Positions 58,060-64,000 of a stretch of DNA of 64,000 nt are shown here, one piece after another. The translations under genes and the position numbers were made by a program. The notes under the pieces were generated by a model. The model was not told the origin of the DNA. It was given only the letters and a program-made list of their open reading frames with translations, and did no database searches. Each line of letters starts with the position of its first letter. Within the stretch, counting starts at the first letter, position 1. The stretch lies in NCBI RefSeq assembly GCF_009914755.1, contig NC_060947.1; one strand, 5' to 3'. Origin of the DNA: the human T2T-CHM13v2.0 reference genome, Homo sapiens.

Positions 58060-59149
58060 TCATGGGAACCACAGTTTCTGGTACCCAGTTTTTTTAGGCA
58101 GTCATATGTTGGAAATTGGCAATGAGAAGGCAGGCAACATTAGAGCAAGTCATGACAGTCCCAAAGCCCTGACCCATGTGTGGAAAAGGAGAATCGGAAC
58201 AGCCTTTCTTATATGGCTGTTTGGAATTACTTATTATTACTTTATTAATAAGTCTCCTACATCTACAACATTTTTACAGAATGCTTTCTCCAACTTGTAG
58301 CCTTCACGGAAACTTGGCTCTCTCTTAAGGAGAGCTTACACATAGAGGCTGTTCGTTCCCCCACACTCCACATCACAAGGCCAGGAGGAGGTGTTGGCAT
58401 TCTGCAAGCTTCTTGAGGTTACTGGTCTGCTGCTTCCAGATTCTTGTACTTTCATTCTCTTCTGAGGGACATCAGAGGAGTCCTATATTCCTACGAATCA
58501 CTGTTTTGAGCCACCTCCTGGCTACTCCTCCTGATTCACTGAAGACCTTGGAACCTGGCTCATACTTTTCCTCATCTTGTTATCTCCTAAACCTCTCCTC
58601 CTACCTCAATTATTCTACTTGTTGGTCACAATTTTCCATCCCTTCAGCTTTCGCTCAGTCTGTCTCCTATGCTTGCTTTCAATTTTCTCTGTTTATTTGA
58701 CTAGCTGCTCCATTCTAACTAATTTGGGCCAATGGTAGAACACCCAAACTGTTCTTTTGCCAGTACCTTTAATTCCCTTGCACCCTACTCCTTCTTATGG
58801 TTAAGAGCTTGAGCTTTGGAGTCAGAGAGAATAGGGCCCCAGTCTTTGCACCACTCTTTACTAGCTGAGACCATTCAATTAAGCACCTACTATGTATCAA
58901 GTTGAGACAGTGATCCTTGCTGCTTTCAGAGTTTAGTGGCCAAGACAATTTAACAAGCACTAACAATAATCAAGAGTGACAAATGTGATGTAAGTGGTAA
59001 GAACAGTGCAGGTAGCGCTGGGAACATATGACATGTGCAATCTAGTCAGGTTGGGTTGGGTAAAGCTTTCTAGAGGCAATGACATGAACTGAGATCTGAT
59101 GGATAAGCAGCTTCTTTAGCCTCCTTTGATTTGTCCTTGGTAAGCTCCC

Positions 59150-61620
59150 TCTTCAATCCAATCCCGCTACTCAACCCTCACGGTGTTCGCTCTCAGATAA
59201 CCATCTTATGTTCTATTGTATTGCAAAAACAAATGAAGCCATTAGATGTGATCTTCCATAGCTTCCCATGAGGCATGAGGGCTCCCCACCACCCCCGTCC
59301 AGCCTATTAACATGCTTGTCCCATCCAATAGGTCCCACCTTTGATTCTATGTCCTCTTCACGCTTTTATCCGATTGCCATCTCTCTTTTCTCATTTAAAT
59401 CTTTTGAAAGAGTGCTTTACCCTCTTTTCTAACTTCCCAATGGTATCTGTTTTATTTTATTAATTTTTTGAAATGGAGTCTTGTTCTGTCACCCAGGCTG
59501 GAGTGCACTGATGCAATCTTGGCTCACTGCAACCTCCGCCTCCTGGGTTCAAGCGATTCTCGTGCTTCAGCCTCCTGAGTAGCTGGGATTACAGGTGTGC
59601 GCCACCACACCTGGCTAATTTTTGTATTTTTAGTAGAGATGTGTTTTCACCATGTTGGCCAGGCTGGTCTCTAACTCCAGACCTCAAGTGATCCACCTGC
59701 CTCAGCCTCCCAAAGGTATCTGAACCGCCAAATCTCACAGTGCATTTTACGGTTCTTTTCTTCCCAGATTCCTCTGCCACGGTAACACTGTGGATCACAT
59801 TCTTTTTCTTGAAACTCCCTACAACCTTGGCTCCTGTCCTCAGGTTTCCTCATACTGCTCTTTAAGTTCTTTCCTAGTCTCCTTTGTGGGTTCTTCTTAA
59901 GCCTGCTTCCTAAAAATTGGGGTTCCCCAGGGCTCTATCCTTGCCTTCCTCCTCTTCTCACCAGATCAGTTCTCCCTGGGAGGCTTCACCTACTCTCATG
60001 GTTTCAACTTCTACACATATGCAGATGATTCTCAGCTCTCTATCTGAGCCCAAGTCCCCTGGGCGTGGCAGTCATATGTCCAACTGCCCAGAAGACACCT
60101 TCACGCAGATATTCCACTTCATACTTAATGGTCCAAAACTGAATTTTATCTTCCCCCTTAAACTAGCTCTTCCTCTTGTAATGTCTTTCTCAGCTGTGGG
60201 TACACTGCCATCCACTCAGACATGCAGGCTAGAAATTAGAAAATCATCTTTGCCTCCTCCATCTCCTTCATCTTCTACCTTTAACCAACCACCAAGCCTC
60301 ATCAAGCATGACTCCTAAGCATGCCTCAAGTGTGTTCCCTACTTCTCATCACCTTTCTATCAAGAAGTAATACTGGCTGGACACGATGGCTCATGCCTGT
60401 AATCTCAGCACTTTGGGAAGCCGAGGTGGGTGGATCACCTGAGGTCAGGAGTTCGAGACCAACCTGGCCTACATGGTAAAACCCCATCTCTACTAAAAAG
60501 ACAAAAAAAAAAAATAGCCAGGCATGGTGGCGCATGCAGCTACTTGGGAGGCTGAGGCAGGAGAATCGCTTGAACCTGGGAGGCAGAGGTTGCAGCGAGC
60601 TGAGATCATGCCACCGTACTCCAGCCTGGGCGACAGAGTGAGAATCTGTCTCAAAAAAAAAAAGTACTGTACACTGTACACTGATGTTATTAATAGCTTA
60701 GGCTCTGGAATCAGAATAGCTGGGTTCCAATTCTGTGGCTCAGACAGACCCGGGCTCAAATTCTCTCTCTACCACTTACTAGCTATGTGAGTTTAGGCAA
60801 ATTATTTAAAATTTATTTATTTTTAAAAATTTCAACTTATTTCTCTGTAAGAGGGAAATAATACCTACCTCATAAGATTATTGGGAGGATAAAATGAGAT
60901 GGTGCACATAAAGCATTTAAGAACTGTGCTTACAAGATTAGAATAGGTACTATACAAATTTTACCTCTTACTTTCTTCTTCTTCTTCATCATCATCATAC
61001 CACTACTATTCTAATTTGGGCTCTCATCATCTCTTGCCTAGATTATTGCAATAATCTCTGAAATGGTCTCTCTCTAGTCTTGTCTCACTGAAATCCATCC
61101 TCCTCACGGCCAATGGTGATTATTTAAAATTCAATTGCCTAAAATGCAACAGCTCCCCAGTGCAGAAAAAGCTCTTTCACGCAAAGCCCTCCACAATCAG
61201 GCCCCTTGCATAACTTCTCAGGTTCATCTCTTGCCACTTCCTAACTTGTACCTAACTGCTCTATCAGTATCGAGCTGCTTCTATTTCCTGGCACCAAACA
61301 TGCTTTTTTGTGCCCTTGTGCTTTTGCTTATGCTGTTCTTTTTTACTTGGATGCTCTTCAGTCTTCTCTAGTCTGGTGAATGCCTCTTCATTCCATAAGA
61401 TTGCCCATTCTGTAAGACCTTCTCCTCCAGAAAGCCTTTCCTGATGTCATCACTCTACTGGGCACCCTTCCCAGTATTTCCCACAACATACTGCGCAGAT
61501 CTCTCTTACTACACACCTATGTGTTATGATTATGTATTTATGTTTCTGCCTAATACAGTTAGCCCCTAGAGGGCAGGGCCTGAATGTTGTTTACACATAG
61601 GGGACACTAAATGTCTCATT
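59150..61620 (+). mobile_element. LINE-2 remnant with RT motifs, interrupted by Alus (minus 59450-59717, plus 60376-60663) and a MIR (~60690-60970)
   Basis: In-frame GVPQGSILAFLLF...YADDSQ at 59919-60035; L2-like 3' part (gaaagcctttcctga, gagggcagggcc). Confidence 0.75.
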
Positions 61621-62278
61621 ACCGGCTTATCAACAAACCTATATCCATCTTCTCTGTCTAATGTCCCCTTACAGGAGAAGTGAGTATGTTCCTAACGAAG
61701 GACAATCCTTCCACTTATGCTGTGTATCTCATCTACTCTGGGCTTTGCTCCTTCAGAGAATGCGTCCCTATTGGAACACTGCCATTAGTTTACACACACA
61801 CTCTAGTACCTGCCATTAACAACAATAAAATATAACAAAACCATCCTGGGACTCCACAAATACCTGCTAATAACTGACCTTATTACTCAGACACTCACCT
61901 TTTAAAGTCTAACAATATATTCCGTGCTGAGTTATGCCCAAATTATTTTACTATGAGTAATACATATTTGTCAATCTTTTCTCATCGATAATCCCAGAGA
62001 GAAGTTAGTGTGGGAAAACAGGAAGGATGAGGAAGGGCAGAAGAGCAAATAGGAGAGATAACAGCTTTTAGGGTCAAGTTGAGTCAGCATGCTAACCTAG
62101 GCTTTGATACTAGTGCTTTCCCCAGAAAGACACACTCAGCATTATTAAACCTAAAGCAGCTCGATCCTTCTTTGATGAACTACAATGGCAGGACAGACAT
62201 AAATGGTAATGGAAACACACATCACCATACTGGCTGGTGGGCAAGTACGTAGAGCCTGACAAAAGAAGCGGTCTACTA

Positions 62279-62419
<141 letters not shown>

Positions 62420-62548
62420 TTATCAGCTTCCCCCGTAGCTTTAATAAAACTGTTTCCATTATCAGAAACTTTAAGGGACGTTTTCCAAAGTAAGTCTCCA
62501 AGTCTATTAAATCATGGTCATGACTTGCTTACATACAGGTATCCAGAT

Positions 62549-62770
62549 CAGTGGTTCTCAACTTGGGGCAATTTTGCTCCCAGGGGATGTTTGCCAGTGT
62601 CCAGAGACAATCTGGGTTGTAATAACTTGGGTAGGGATGCTACTCATATCCAGTGGGTAATGGCCAGGGATGCTGCTAAACATCCTATGATGCACTGGAC
62701 AGCTCCCCACCCCCAGCAAAGCGTTATCCTGCTCCAAATGTCAATAGTGCTGAGGCTGAGGATCCTGCTC
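62549..62770 (+). mobile_element. MER20 DNA transposon
   Basis: cagtggttctcaacttggggcaattttgctcccagggg...ggccagggatgctgctaaacatccta. Confidence 0.85.
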
Positions 62771-62961
62771 TAGATTTAGGTTCATTTCAAAGTAAGAACA
62801 AGTGGAGCACCCAAAGAGCTGGTATTCACATATCCACCCAAATGGGTTGTCCAGAATGGTGCTCTTCAATGGAACAACTAATTATAGCTCCTGAGAAGAC
62901 TCTGCCTCAAGCAGTTATCAACTATGATATATTAATATTAATTAGTTAATATATTAATATT

Positions 62962-63320
<359 letters not shown>

Positions 63321-63685
63321 TTAGCCACTAACTTAATTGAAAGTATACATCCTGTTTGAAAATGGAACTAGTGGGGGTGAGGGAAAAGGGTAAGTTTGTA
63401 AAATTTGGTCAGGTATCAAAGGGGTCACTAATGAGAAAAAAAATTGGAACCCAAAGAACATGGTACTAGAATTGAGATCTAAGTTGTCCATCAAAAGGAA
63501 AAAGCTTCTGGACCTGTATCTCCAAGTCTGTCGTGCAAAAATTCTAACACAGGCTCTTCCTTACAGCCTTCCTACTCTACTCCTGAAATTCTAAATGCCT
63601 GCTAGGCTGTCAAAGAGAGTGCCGTTAAAAAGTTTCTTTTCTTCTGCTCTTGTAGGACATGTCTAGGCAAGTATAAAGAAGTGAT

Positions 63686-63999
<314 letters not shown>

Positions 64000-64000
64000 T

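Noticed and set aside
62925-62961. AT-rich quasi-palindrome with atatattaatatt twice
   Set aside because: Low-complexity AT sequence at an Alu insertion site; no evidence of function.

Overview
This is primate (very likely human) X-linked genomic DNA, Alu-dense, with no prokaryotic features. The minus strand at 46167-62375 carries exons 6-16 of AIFM1 (mitochondrial apoptosis-inducing factor). Every exon has GT-AG boundaries, and the translation matches AIF residues ~202-613 through to the stop and poly(A) signal. The stop-containing cassette exon 9b (AIFsh2 type) is also visible. A large CpG island at ~26.5-28.4 kb has two minus-strand non-coding first-exon donors. By gene order (inference) this is the ELF4 promoter, which makes 1-27127 ELF4 intron 1. 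The rest is Alus (many nested, with target-site duplications), L1, L2, MIR, MER8/MER58/MER3/MER20, a MER77-like LTR and microsatellites. The best leads are: (i) plus-strand splice signals suggesting a transcript from the ELF4 island running antisense through AIFM1, with a 10-codon phase-0 mini-CDS (possibly a long RAB33A form); (ii) a diverged duplicated module at 31.9-33.5 kb that reads as an open frame once its Alu is removed; (iii) a second, unexplained CpG island at 37.3-38.0 kb; (iv) several structurally odd Alus. I see no clear new biological system; these leads are hypotheses. Repeat boundaries and family names are by eye and approximate.
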